Positions 53,028 through 61,655 of a stretch of DNA of 64,000 nucleotides are shown one piece after another. The position numbers and the translations under genes are program-made. Where the stretch lies: NCBI GenBank assembly GCA_963717505.1, contig OY970342.1:1568001-1632000 (forward strand). The letters are read 5' to 3'. Below the pieces are notes generated by a model. It saw nothing but the letters and a program-made list of their open reading frames with translations. It had not been told where the DNA came from and ran no database searches. Each line of letters starts with the position of its first letter. The stretch's first letter is position 1. The stretch comes from Candidatus Eiseniibacteriota bacterium. GTDB lineage: Bacteria; Eisenbacteria; RBG-16-71-46.

Positions 53028-53432
53028 CTAGGAGCCCAACTTCTCGATGCGCGCCACCTGTGCGGCCGTCAACGTCATCACCGACAGCCGCGGCAGCCGG
53101 GGCAGGTCGCAGGTCTTGAGCACCGCGTCGGTTCGAAACGTCGAGAGTGGCACCGGGGTTTCGAGCTTGTGCCGAGGTGCGAGGTCGACGACCGCGCGCT
53201 TGGGATCCCCGAGCTTGGGATCCGGATAAGGATCGGAGGCCGCGACTGCGAACCCGACCACCGCTTTCTCGTCGCCGGTGTGGTAGACGGCAACCGTGTC
53301 GCCCTTGGCCACAGTCCGCAGGTGCTTGAGCGCCACCGGGTTCTTGACGCCGTCCCATGTGGTTCGCCGATCGCGGACCAGGTCGTCGAACGAGTACGTC
53401 GAAGGCTCGGTCTTGAACAGGAAGGCCGCCAC
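53028..53432 (-). CDS. EVE domain protein
   Basis: FLFKTEPSTYSFDDL...WDGVKN...GD...YHTG...RLSV. Confidence 0.92.
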   Translation of the reverse strand: MAAFLFKTEPSTYSFDDLVRDRRTTWDGVKNPVALKHLRTVAKGDTVAVYHTGDEKAVVGFAVAASDPYPDPKLGDPKRAVVDLAPRHKLETPVPLSTFRTDAVLKTCDLPRLPRLSVMTLTAAQVARIEKLGS

Positions 53433-53541
53433 GGGCGGACTCTAGCACGCCCATTCGCCGCCCGCGCCACCGGTGCTAGAGTTCGGCCGTCACGGGCTTC
53501 GGCCCGCACGCCGATCCGTTCCCCAAACCCGGAGAGTCGCC

Positions 53542-54105
53542 ATGAAGCTCGTTCGCTCCCTCGCCGTCGGCGCCGCACTGCTGGCCACCGCCGGCATCGC
53601 GTCGGCGGATGAAGAAATGTCCGCTCTGCACAAAGACGTCCTCGCCAGCCTCGGCGATGCTCGCGGCAAGATTCAGCAATTGGCCGAAGCCATGCCGGAC
53701 AAGAAGTACTCGTGGCGTCCGGCAAAGGGCGTGCGTTCGGTGAGCGAAGTCGCGATGCACGTCACCAGCGCAAACTATTTCTTCGCGAGCATGATGGGGA
53801 CGCCGGTTCCCGAAGGCATCGATCCGATGAAGCTGGAAACCTCGGTGACCGAGAAGGCGCAGGTGGTCGAAGCTCTGAAGAAGTCTTTCGACCACGTGGA
53901 AGGCGCGATCAAGGCGCTGCCCGAGTCCCAGTTCGACGAGATGACCAAGACGCCGATGGGCGAGATGTCCAAGCGCTCGCTCATGCTGCTGGTCATGCGC
54001 CACGCCGACGAGCACCTCGGCCAGTCGATCGCGTACGCGCGCATGAACGGTGTGACGCCGCCGTGGTCGGCCAAGCAGGAGGCGGCGGCCAAGGGCGGGC
54101 GTTAG
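53542..54105 (+). CDS. Secreted DinB family protein
   Basis: LAEAMPDKKYSWRP..GVRSVSEV.MH; HADEHLGQSIAYARMNG. Confidence 0.85.
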   Translation: MKLVRSLAVGAALLATAGIASADEEMSALHKDVLASLGDARGKIQQLAEAMPDKKYSWRPAKGVRSVSEVAMHVTSANYFFASMMGTPVPEGIDPMKLETSVTEKAQVVEALKKSFDHVEGAIKALPESQFDEMTKTPMGEMSKRSLMLLVMRHADEHLGQSIAYARMNGVTPPWSAKQEAAAKGGR

Positions 54106-54151
54106 CCGAACTCGCATTCGCATCGGTCCACGAAACGCATCGGGGCGATCC

Positions 54152-55795
54152 TCAGGGTCGCCCCGAAGTCTTGAGGCGCGAATGCCCCGCGTGACAACCG
54201 ATGCAGCGGGTCACCTGCCCGGGCGCACCGGCATTCGATCCGGCAACGTGCGCGGGCCCGCGCGCGGTCTCGACCGGCGCCCCGCGCGCATTCACGAGTT
54301 GCTCGAACAGGGGGATGCCGGCCGGGAGATCTCGGGCGCGGATCGCGCCGTCCTCGCCCACCGGCTCGGTCCGGATCAGGACGACCGAGTCGCCGATGGC
54401 GCCTGCGAGCCGCGGCAGCATCGCGAAGAACCGGAGCGCCAGACCTGGCTCACGCGCCGGAACGCCCGGAAGTCCGCCGCCGGCGAACACGTCCTCGCAC
54501 TCGAACGCGAAGCTGCCGAGGGCAGGGCTCGCTCTATCGTGAGCGAGCAGCGCGCGATCTGCGTCGGGTCCGAACCCGGGGACCCGGTCCCAATCCAGCG
54601 TGCGCAGCCGACGCGCCACCAGTGGAACCGGATCCAATTCGAGCGTGCCCCGCAGATCCACGATCGGCTCGGGCCGGCTGCCGTCCGCACGCGCCAACCA
54701 GAGTCCCAGGTCGCCGCGCGCGCCCGGCGCCCACGCAAATACGATTCGGCCGTCGGGTAGCGCCGCGGGCGAGCACGCCGAAGGCGAGGCGAGCCCGAGG
54801 GTTCCGGCGTAGGCGCCCAATCCGGAATCGGGAACCAGCGCGCCGATCACCCGCCGCGTCGGGCGTCCACGGGCGTCGAGTCGGTGGAGTCCGGTGGCGC
54901 CGGGGCCGGGCGAGAGGCCCAGGTTCTCGGCGTAGGTGCCGAGCCACGAACCGTCGGGCATTGGAGCGGCCTCGGCGGCCATCGCGTGCAATCGTGAATC
55001 GACCGCTCCCGCCGCCAGGCGTGGGCCGAGTGAGGCGGGCTCGATCGCGACCAGCTGCCAGAGATTGACCGTGTCGCGTGGGATCGCGTGTGCCGGCGCA
55101 AGTGTGATCCCGCTCGGATCCTGCGCCGAGGCGCGCCACGGATTGAACCACCAGCGCGCGTACACGATGCGACCGGTGCGTGGCTCGACCCGCGGCTCGG
55201 CGGCGCCGTTCCGCTCGGTGGTGATGCGCCGAAGCCCGGAGCCGTCGGCCCGAACCCGATAGAGATTCGCGACCGCGACGTCGGCGTACTGCGCGCGCAG
55301 CGGCAGCCGCGTGCTGGAGAACACCAGGAGGTCCTCGGACACCCAGCAGGGGTCGACGTCGTCGTAGCGCTGGATCGACACCGATTCACCCAGCGAGCGC
55401 AGATCGAGCGCGCGATCGCTGTGCGTAATCGCGGCGAGCTCCGAACCGTCGGATCGAAGCCGCCAGATCCGCCAGCCGCTGTCGGGGTGAGTCACGCCCG
55501 CGAACGCGATCCATCGCCCCGAGGGCGAAACCGAAGGATCGCTGACGTCGTGGAACTCGCCTTCGGGCAGAAGCGATGTGATCGCCCCTTCCGGCGTCCG
55601 CAGCAACAGCCGGCCTCCGGGCGCCGAATGAGCGTGGTGCGGTCCGAGCCCGGGGAGGACGCCCGGCTCGTCGAGCGGCTGTCGCGACACGAACACGATC
55701 GCGGGCACGCCGCGAGGTGCGGAGGCCGACACGCACACCGCAGCCACGGCCAGAACGCCAAACCCAAGGAGGCCCTGAATGCGCCGGCGCGACAT
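54152..55795 (-). CDS. TolB-like beta-propeller protein with HzsA (hydrazine synthase alpha)-like middle domain and terminal CxxCH
   Basis: Signal peptide; DPSVSPSG, YDDVDPCW, VFSSTR, GRIVYARW; 'LPAGIPLFEQLVN..G...CIGCHAGHS'. Confidence 0.7.
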   Translation of the reverse strand: MSRRRIQGLLGFGVLAVAAVCVSASAPRGVPAIVFVSRQPLDEPGVLPGLGPHHAHSAPGGRLLLRTPEGAITSLLPEGEFHDVSDPSVSPSGRWIAFAGVTHPDSGWRIWRLRSDGSELAAITHSDRALDLRSLGESVSIQRYDDVDPCWVSEDLLVFSSTRLPLRAQYADVAVANLYRVRADGSGLRRITTERNGAAEPRVEPRTGRIVYARWWFNPWRASAQDPSGITLAPAHAIPRDTVNLWQLVAIEPASLGPRLAAGAVDSRLHAMAAEAAPMPDGSWLGTYAENLGLSPGPGATGLHRLDARGRPTRRVIGALVPDSGLGAYAGTLGLASPSACSPAALPDGRIVFAWAPGARGDLGLWLARADGSRPEPIVDLRGTLELDPVPLVARRLRTLDWDRVPGFGPDADRALLAHDRASPALGSFAFECEDVFAGGGLPGVPAREPGLALRFFAMLPRLAGAIGDSVVLIRTEPVGEDGAIRARDLPAGIPLFEQLVNARGAPVETARGPAHVAGSNAGAPGQVTRCIGCHAGHSRLKTSGRP

Positions 55796-55878
55796 GACCC
55801 CGATGCTACACTGGCGCGCGTGTGGGCGGATCCCGCCCTTCTCCGGCTTCACACCCACGTCACACCGGGAGCATCGCG

Positions 55879-56208
55879 GTGACCGAGAACCTGATTGCGT
55901 TCACGACGTTCGCCTCGGAGGACGATGCGGCCCGGGTCGCCCGCGTCCTGGTCGACGAGCGACTCATCGCCTGCGCCAACCTGCTGCCCGGAGCGCGCTC
56001 GATCTATCGCTGGCAGGAAGGCATCCAGGACGAGCGCGAAGTGGTCGTCTTGATGAAGACGCGCAAACAGGATTGGGCGGCCCTGATGTCGCGGCTCCAC
56101 GAACTGCATCCCTACGAGACGCCGGAGTGCATCGCGGTGCGTGTGGCCGCGGGCGCTCCCAAGTATCTCGAGTGGCTGGATCGGGCGCTGGATCCCGAGG
56201 GTTCGTGA
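55879..56208 (+). CDS. cutA: Divalent-cation tolerance protein CutA
   Basis: LIACANL...SIYRWQ...LHPYETPE. Confidence 0.93.
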   Translation: MTENLIAFTTFASEDDAARVARVLVDERLIACANLLPGARSIYRWQEGIQDEREVVVLMKTRKQDWAALMSRLHELHPYETPECIAVRVAAGAPKYLEWLDRALDPEGS

Positions 56209-56215
56209 GCGGCGC

Positions 56216-57265
56216 ATGACGCGCGATCCCGCCCAACGCGTGCTCGGCATCGAGACCTCGTGTGACGACACCTCGGTCGCGGTACTCGAGCGCGGCCGTG
56301 TCCTGCGCGCCCACCTGATCGCCGCCCAGGACCATGCGCTCTACGGCGGCATCGTTCCCGAGCTGGCCTCGCGCGCACATCTCGAGTTGCTGCCTGCCAT
56401 GGTCGCCCAAGCGCTCGACGAAGCCACGGTTTCGCCGGAAGCACTCACCGGGATCGCCGTCACGAACGCTCCGGGCCTGGTCGGTTCGCTGGTGGTCGGC
56501 GTCGCGTTCGCCAAAGCCTATGGATACGGGCTCGGAATTCCGGTGATCGGGGTCAATCACATCGAGGCCCACCTGCACTCGGCGGCACTCGAGCACGGCG
56601 AATCTCCGCTGCCGTCGGTGGCGCTCGTGGTTTCCGGCGGACACACCGAGTTGGTCGAGATCCGCGGGCTCGGCGACTACCGCTGGCTCGGAAGCACGCG
56701 CGACGACGCCGCGGGGGAGGCCTACGACAAGGTCGCAAAGCTCCTCGGTCTGGGATTCCCCGGGGGTCCGGCGATCGATCGTCTCGCCGCCGAGGGCCGG
56801 GCCGGCGCCTTTGCCTTTCCTCGTCCGATGATCGATCAGCCCGGCTTCGACTTTTCGTTCTCGGGTTTGAAGACCGCGGTGGCGGTGGAACTCGCGGCCC
56901 ACCCTGGTCCGCCCTATCCGCGCTCGGTGGTTGCCGACGTCGCCGCGTCGTTCCAGGCGGCGGTGGTCGACACGCTGGTGGCAAGGACCGTCCGGGCGCT
57001 CGAAGCCACCGGCGCCAAGGCCCTCAATCTCGGGGGCGGAGTCGCCTGCAATCGCGACTTGAGGGCCCGGCTCGACATCGAGTGCCGGCGGCGGGGCGTT
57101 TCGCTGCGTATCCCCTCGCCGCGACTCTGTGCCGATAACGCGGCCATGATCGCTCAGTTGGGAGCCTGGCGGCTCGAACGCGGCGAGGGTGGAGATCCGG
57201 CCCTCGACGCCGCCGCCTCGCTCGAAGACTCGGGTCTCGCCGCGGGCCTCGCCTCCGGCCGCTGA
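56216..57265 (+). CDS. tsaD: tRNA N6-adenosine threonylcarbamoyltransferase
   Basis: LGIETSCDDT, GGIVPELASRAH, HIEAH, VSGGHT, DDAAGEAYDK, SFSGLKT, DNAAMI. Confidence 0.97.
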   Translation: MTRDPAQRVLGIETSCDDTSVAVLERGRVLRAHLIAAQDHALYGGIVPELASRAHLELLPAMVAQALDEATVSPEALTGIAVTNAPGLVGSLVVGVAFAKAYGYGLGIPVIGVNHIEAHLHSAALEHGESPLPSVALVVSGGHTELVEIRGLGDYRWLGSTRDDAAGEAYDKVAKLLGLGFPGGPAIDRLAAEGRAGAFAFPRPMIDQPGFDFSFSGLKTAVAVELAAHPGPPYPRSVVADVAASFQAAVVDTLVARTVRALEATGAKALNLGGGVACNRDLRARLDIECRRRGVSLRIPSPRLCADNAAMIAQLGAWRLERGEGGDPALDAAASLEDSGLAAGLASGR

Positions 57266-57294
57266 TCCCTGGGCGCCCTCGCCCGGAAACCGCG

Positions 57295-57322
57295 ATCAGT
57301 TTCCGGCCACTCCGGCCGATAA
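57295..57322 (+). promoter_or_regulatory. Putative sigma28-family promoter for the c-di-GMP module
   Basis: ATCAGTTT...: TCAG-N15-GCCGATAA against the FliA consensus TAAA-N15-GCCGATAA. Confidence 0.55.
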
Positions 57323-57336
57323 CCCCGCGGGATCCT

Positions 57337-57363
57337 GGATCACACCCGGTCCGGGTGTGATCC
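57337..57363. repeat. Perfect 13-bp inverted repeat in the leader
   Basis: GGATCACACCCGG-T-CCGGGTGTGATCC. Confidence 0.8.
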
Positions 57364-57394
57364 CTCAAGTCATGACTCCTCAACCTCATACGCT

Positions 57395-58429
57395 ATGGCC
57401 AAACCCCGGCGAGCCACCGAGCGCGCGAAGACTGACAAGGCCGACCCGGCCGACCAGGCCGAGAAGCCCAAGATTCCCAAGGCTCGCCTCCTCGTTGCCG
57501 AGGATGAGACCAGCCTGCGGGACATCTTGCGCTTTCAGCTGCAGAGCGTCGGCTACGAGGTCCACGAGGCGGTCGACGGCAAGGAAGCGCTCGAGAAGAC
57601 GGGCTCCCTGCAGCCCGACCTCATTCTGCTCGACGTGATGATGCCGCAGGTCGACGGCTACGACGTGTGCCGGAAGCTGCGGGCGTCGTTCCTGACCCGG
57701 CACATCCCGATCATCATGCTCACCGCCAAGACCACGAAGAGCGACAAGCAAACCGGTCTCGAGGGCGGCGCGAACGATTACGTCACCAAGCCGTGGGACG
57801 CGAAGGAGCTTCAGCTGCGCGTGCGCAACGTGCTCGAGTGGAGCCGCCAGCAGCGCTCCGCCAGCCCGCTGACCGGCCTGCCCGGGAACCTGTCGATCAA
57901 CGAGGAGATCCGCACCCGGATCGAAAGCAACACGCCGTTCGCAATGCTCCAGATCGACGTCGACTACTTCAAGTCGTTCAACGATCGCTACGGCTATCAG
58001 CGCGGTGACGATGCGATCCAGACCGTCGCGCGGATCTTGATTCGGGCCGCCCAGGAATTCGGCGCCGAGACCAGCTTTGTCGGCCACATCGGCGGCGACG
58101 ACTTCGTCTTGATCACGCGACCCGACGATTCGGAGGAGATGGCCGAGTTCATCGTCAATGAATTCAACACGACGGTCCCCGGACTCTACGATCGCGAGGA
58201 CCAGGAGCGCGGCCACGTCGAAGTCCGCAACCGCTCGCACCAGATGGACCAGTTTCCGCTGATGAGCCTGACGGTCGCGCTGGTCAGCACCGACAGCGTG
58301 TCGGTCACCCACCTGGCCCAGCTCATCGACATCGCCCAGGAGCTGAAGGAACACGGCAAGGGTATTCCGGGCAGCGTCGTGGTCGGCGAACGCCGCCGGC
58401 CGGGAGACGGCCGCCAGAGCGCGGCCTAG
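57395..58429 (+). CDS. Response regulator-diguanylate cyclase (REC-GGDEF, GGDDF variant)
   Basis: LVAEDE...LLDVMMP...KP; SPLTGLPGN, DVDYFKSFNDRYG, GHIGGDDF. Confidence 0.9.
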   Translation: MAKPRRATERAKTDKADPADQAEKPKIPKARLLVAEDETSLRDILRFQLQSVGYEVHEAVDGKEALEKTGSLQPDLILLDVMMPQVDGYDVCRKLRASFLTRHIPIIMLTAKTTKSDKQTGLEGGANDYVTKPWDAKELQLRVRNVLEWSRQQRSASPLTGLPGNLSINEEIRTRIESNTPFAMLQIDVDYFKSFNDRYGYQRGDDAIQTVARILIRAAQEFGAETSFVGHIGGDDFVLITRPDDSEEMAEFIVNEFNTTVPGLYDREDQERGHVEVRNRSHQMDQFPLMSLTVALVSTDSVSVTHLAQLIDIAQELKEHGKGIPGSVVVGERRRPGDGRQSAA

Positions 58430-58438
58430 GAGTCGACC

Positions 58439-61156
58439 ATGCGCCAGCCCCGATCCAGCGGCCCCAGCGCCCTCGAGATCAAGCTGCGCGGAGATCTCGA
58501 TCGGGCCCGTCGCGAGCTGGCGCGCCTCAAGAAGGCGACCGACGGCGATGGCCCCCCAGACACCGAAGGGCTGACCCACGAGGAACGCGACGAGCTCGGT
58601 CGGCTGCGCGAGGACATGCGCGAGATCGAGCAGCTGCGCACCGAGGCCGAAGTTTCGGGCATGCTGCGGGCCCAGCTCGACGAGTTCGAGCGGGTTCAAA
58701 ACGAAGTCGAGGACCTGCGTCATGCCAAGGAGCGTCTGAGCAAGCTCTACTACGCGCAGGTCGACGCCACGCGCCAGCGCGCCGCCAAGCTGCAGCAGGT
58801 CATCACCGCGCTGTGCAGCGTCAGCTCGGCACTCGACCTGGACACCCTGCTTCCCCGGCTCGCCGAGCACATTCAGGCGTGCGTGGGGTTCCGCAGCGTG
58901 CTGATCCGGCTGCGCGACCCCGAGCATCAGACCCTGAAGGCCCGGGCGTTCGCCGGCGTCGAGGAATCGGACATGGTCCAGCTCGAGGCCTCGGAAGTCA
59001 CGGTCAGCGAATTCCTGTCGTGGCTGCGGGACGAGTTCAAGGTCAGCCGTTCGTTCTTGATCCGTCACGACCACTCCTTCAACCGCAAGCTGCCGCGCGG
59101 CGTCACCAAGGATCTCGGCGCGCGCGAAGAATGGGAGTGGCACGACAAAGACGTCCTGCTGACTCCGATGTTCGCGATGGACGGGAAGGTGCTCGGCTAC
59201 GTCTCGGTAGACGACCCCGAGGACCGGCTGGTGCCCGCGGTCGACGTGGTCGAACTGATCGAGATCTTCGCCAACCACGCGGCGGTGGCGATCGAGAACG
59301 GCCGGCTCTACCACGAGCTCGAGCAGCACACCCGCGAGGTGGAGCAGGCCGGCCAGCACCTGCACGAGCTGCACGCGCTCAAGAGCAACTTCGTTTCGAC
59401 GGTCTCGCACGAGCTGCGCACGCCGCTGACCGCGATCCGCGCCTACACCGAGACTCTGATGAACGCCGGGGAGGGCGAAGTGCCCCACGTCCAGGCGCAG
59501 CGGTTCCTGTCGGTCATCCACGAGGAGAGCCAGCGGCTCGCCCGGCTGATCGAGTCGATCCTCGACCTGAACCGCTTCGACTCGGGGGCGGCGCAGTTGA
59601 CACGACGGCCCGTGGATCTCGGAGAAGTGCTGCAGGAGTCGGCCGGAGTGCTGGAATCACTGGCCCAGGTGGGTCAGGTGACCCTCAAGGTGCAGGTGAA
59701 AGCGGACGATACCCGCGTGGAAGCAAACCGGGACCAGATGCGGCAACTGGTGCTGCACCTGGGCAGTAACGCCGTCAAGTTCACGCCTGCCGGCGGGGCG
59801 GTGACGTTGCGTCTGTCCGGGGAGGAGCACCAGGTGACGCTGCAGGTCGAGGACACCGGGATCGGAATCGCCGAGGACGAGCTCGAGAAGGTCTTCGAGC
59901 GGTTCTACCAGGTGGACTCCTCGCTCGCGCGGCGGCATGGCGGCACCGGCCTCGGGCTCGCGATCTGCAAGTCCATCGTCGAGTGGCACGGCGGCCGGAT
60001 CTCTGCCGAGAGCGAGGAAGGCCGCGGGTCGCGCTTCACGGTGGTGATACCGCGACGCACGGCGCCGCGGGTTTCGGTACGACCCTCGCCGCGACCGGTT
60101 GCGGCCGCGGAGGACGTGCTGAGGCTCGCGATCGAGATGGTGGCGGAGGTCATGGACGCTGGAGTCGTTTCACTGCTGACGGTGGAGCCGGACGGCGACC
60201 TCGTGGTTCGGGCTGCGATCGGCCTGGACGACGACGTCGTTCAGAACGTGCGCATCCGTCCCGGGACCGGGGTTGCCGGCTGGGTGGCCGAGCATCGCCG
60301 GCCGGTGTGCGTTTCGGGGCAGGAGTCGCGCACCGACGTCCAGGGTTCGCGTCGTCGCCGCTACCGCTCCGGCACGTTCCTGTCGGTCCCCCTCGAGGGC
60401 AACGAAGGCCTGCTCGGTGTGCTCAACGTGACCGAGCCGCTGTCGCAGCGGACCTTTGACGCCGAGGACTGTCACCTCCTGCTGCACCTGGCCCAGCGGG
60501 TCGCTTCGGCCTGGCAACAGACCACCCGGATGGAGAAGAGTCAGGCGGGAGTCGAGACCACCGCCGACGCCCTGCGCGAGGTGCTGCGCCACCTGGAACG
60601 CGGACGCCGGGAATCTCCGGATCGCGTTCGTCTGGCTCGCGCCACCGCGCGGCTCCTGGGCCTCGGGGAATCCGAGGCCGGCGTCATCAGCTTCGCCGCC
60701 AGTGTCCACGATGTCGGAATGGGCCAGCTCGGCGAGACCGTGGTCGAAGGTGTCGGTTCGCTGTCGCGCGAGGAGCGCGATGATGTCGAGCGCCATCCGG
60801 AGATCGGCGCCAACGTGCTCGAGCCGCTCGACACCGTCGGCGTCGTTCGCGACATCGTGCTTTCGCACCACGAGTGGTGGGATGGAACCGGGTATCCGCG
60901 CGGCCTGCAGGGCGCTGAGATTCCGGTCGGGGCCCGGATTCTCGCGGTGGTCGACGCCTACGAGAGCATGACCGTCGGCCGTTCCCACCGGCCACCGGTT
61001 CCGGCAGAAGAGGCCCGGCGAGAACTCAACCGCCTCAAGGGCAAGCAGTTCGATCCCGAAGTCGTTGACGCGTTCAAGCGCGTCCTCGATGGATACGGCA
61101 GCGACCAGGGCGGCGGGTCCACCGACCGCGCCGCGAAGACGCACGACAGGGGGTGA
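58439..61156 (+). CDS. Hybrid GAF-HisKA-HATPase-GAF-HD-GYP protein
   Basis: SHELRTPLT, NAVKFT, DTGIGI, GGTGLGL; second GAF (GVAGWVAEH...LSVPL); HDVG...HHEWWDGTGYP...ARILAVVDAY. Confidence 0.9.
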   Translation: MRQPRSSGPSALEIKLRGDLDRARRELARLKKATDGDGPPDTEGLTHEERDELGRLREDMREIEQLRTEAEVSGMLRAQLDEFERVQNEVEDLRHAKERLSKLYYAQVDATRQRAAKLQQVITALCSVSSALDLDTLLPRLAEHIQACVGFRSVLIRLRDPEHQTLKARAFAGVEESDMVQLEASEVTVSEFLSWLRDEFKVSRSFLIRHDHSFNRKLPRGVTKDLGAREEWEWHDKDVLLTPMFAMDGKVLGYVSVDDPEDRLVPAVDVVELIEIFANHAAVAIENGRLYHELEQHTREVEQAGQHLHELHALKSNFVSTVSHELRTPLTAIRAYTETLMNAGEGEVPHVQAQRFLSVIHEESQRLARLIESILDLNRFDSGAAQLTRRPVDLGEVLQESAGVLESLAQVGQVTLKVQVKADDTRVEANRDQMRQLVLHLGSNAVKFTPAGGAVTLRLSGEEHQVTLQVEDTGIGIAEDELEKVFERFYQVDSSLARRHGGTGLGLAICKSIVEWHGGRISAESEEGRGSRFTVVIPRRTAPRVSVRPSPRPVAAAEDVLRLAIEMVAEVMDAGVVSLLTVEPDGDLVVRAAIGLDDDVVQNVRIRPGTGVAGWVAEHRRPVCVSGQESRTDVQGSRRRRYRSGTFLSVPLEGNEGLLGVLNVTEPLSQRTFDAEDCHLLLHLAQRVASAWQQTTRMEKSQAGVETTADALREVLRHLERGRRESPDRVRLARATARLLGLGESEAGVISFAASVHDVGMGQLGETVVEGVGSLSREERDDVERHPEIGANVLEPLDTVGVVRDIVLSHHEWWDGTGYPRGLQGAEIPVGARILAVVDAYESMTVGRSHRPPVPAEEARRELNRLKGKQFDPEVVDAFKRVLDGYGSDQGGGSTDRAAKTHDRG

Positions 61157-61163
61157 GGACCAA

Positions 61164-61559
61164 ATGGCGAAGGGCAAGATCCTGGTTGTGGACGACGAGA
61201 TCTACATCGTGCACATCCTCGACTTCAGCCTGGGTATGGAAGGCTACCAGGTGATCACGGCATTGGACGGCGAGCAGGGGCTCGAGAAGGCGCAAACCGA
61301 GCGCCCCGATCTCATCGTGCTCGACATCATGATGCCGAAACTCGATGGCTACGAGACGTGCAAGGCGCTCAAGGCCGATCCAGCGACGCGCGCCATTCCG
61401 GTGATCCTGCTCTCGGCCAAGGGGCGGAACATGGATCAAAAGATCGGCTTCGAGGTCGGAGCCGACGACTACATCACCAAGCCGTTCAGTCCGCGAAAGC
61501 TCGTCGAGCGCATCAACGCCATTCTCGGGCAGTCCAGCTCCCAGCGCATGCAGGCCTGA
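61164..61559 (+). CDS. Single-domain response regulator
   Basis: ILVVDDE...LDIMMP...LSAK...KPFSP. Confidence 0.92.
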   Translation: MAKGKILVVDDEIYIVHILDFSLGMEGYQVITALDGEQGLEKAQTERPDLIVLDIMMPKLDGYETCKALKADPATRAIPVILLSAKGRNMDQKIGFEVGADDYITKPFSPRKLVERINAILGQSSSQRMQA

Positions 61560-61655
61560 CGGCCGGTTCGATTCCGTCTGCGAACCGTCGATCGGTTCGG
61601 ACGTAGGACCGGCCGTCCCTGTTTTTCCCCGCCTGCGTTATCCTCCGCGGTCGTC

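Noticed and set aside
53028-53432. EVE domain as part of a modification-dependent defence system
   Set aside because: It is a stand-alone gene with no adjacent nuclease, toxin or other defence gene.
54152-55795. Anammox capacity from the HzsA-like gene
   Set aside because: No hzsB/hzsC or hydrazine dehydrogenase nearby, the protein is much shorter than HzsA, and HzsA-like domains occur widely outside anammox bacteria.
57131-57138. GCCGATAA inside tsaD
   Set aside because: It encodes the conserved A-D-N of TsaD, so coding constraint explains it.
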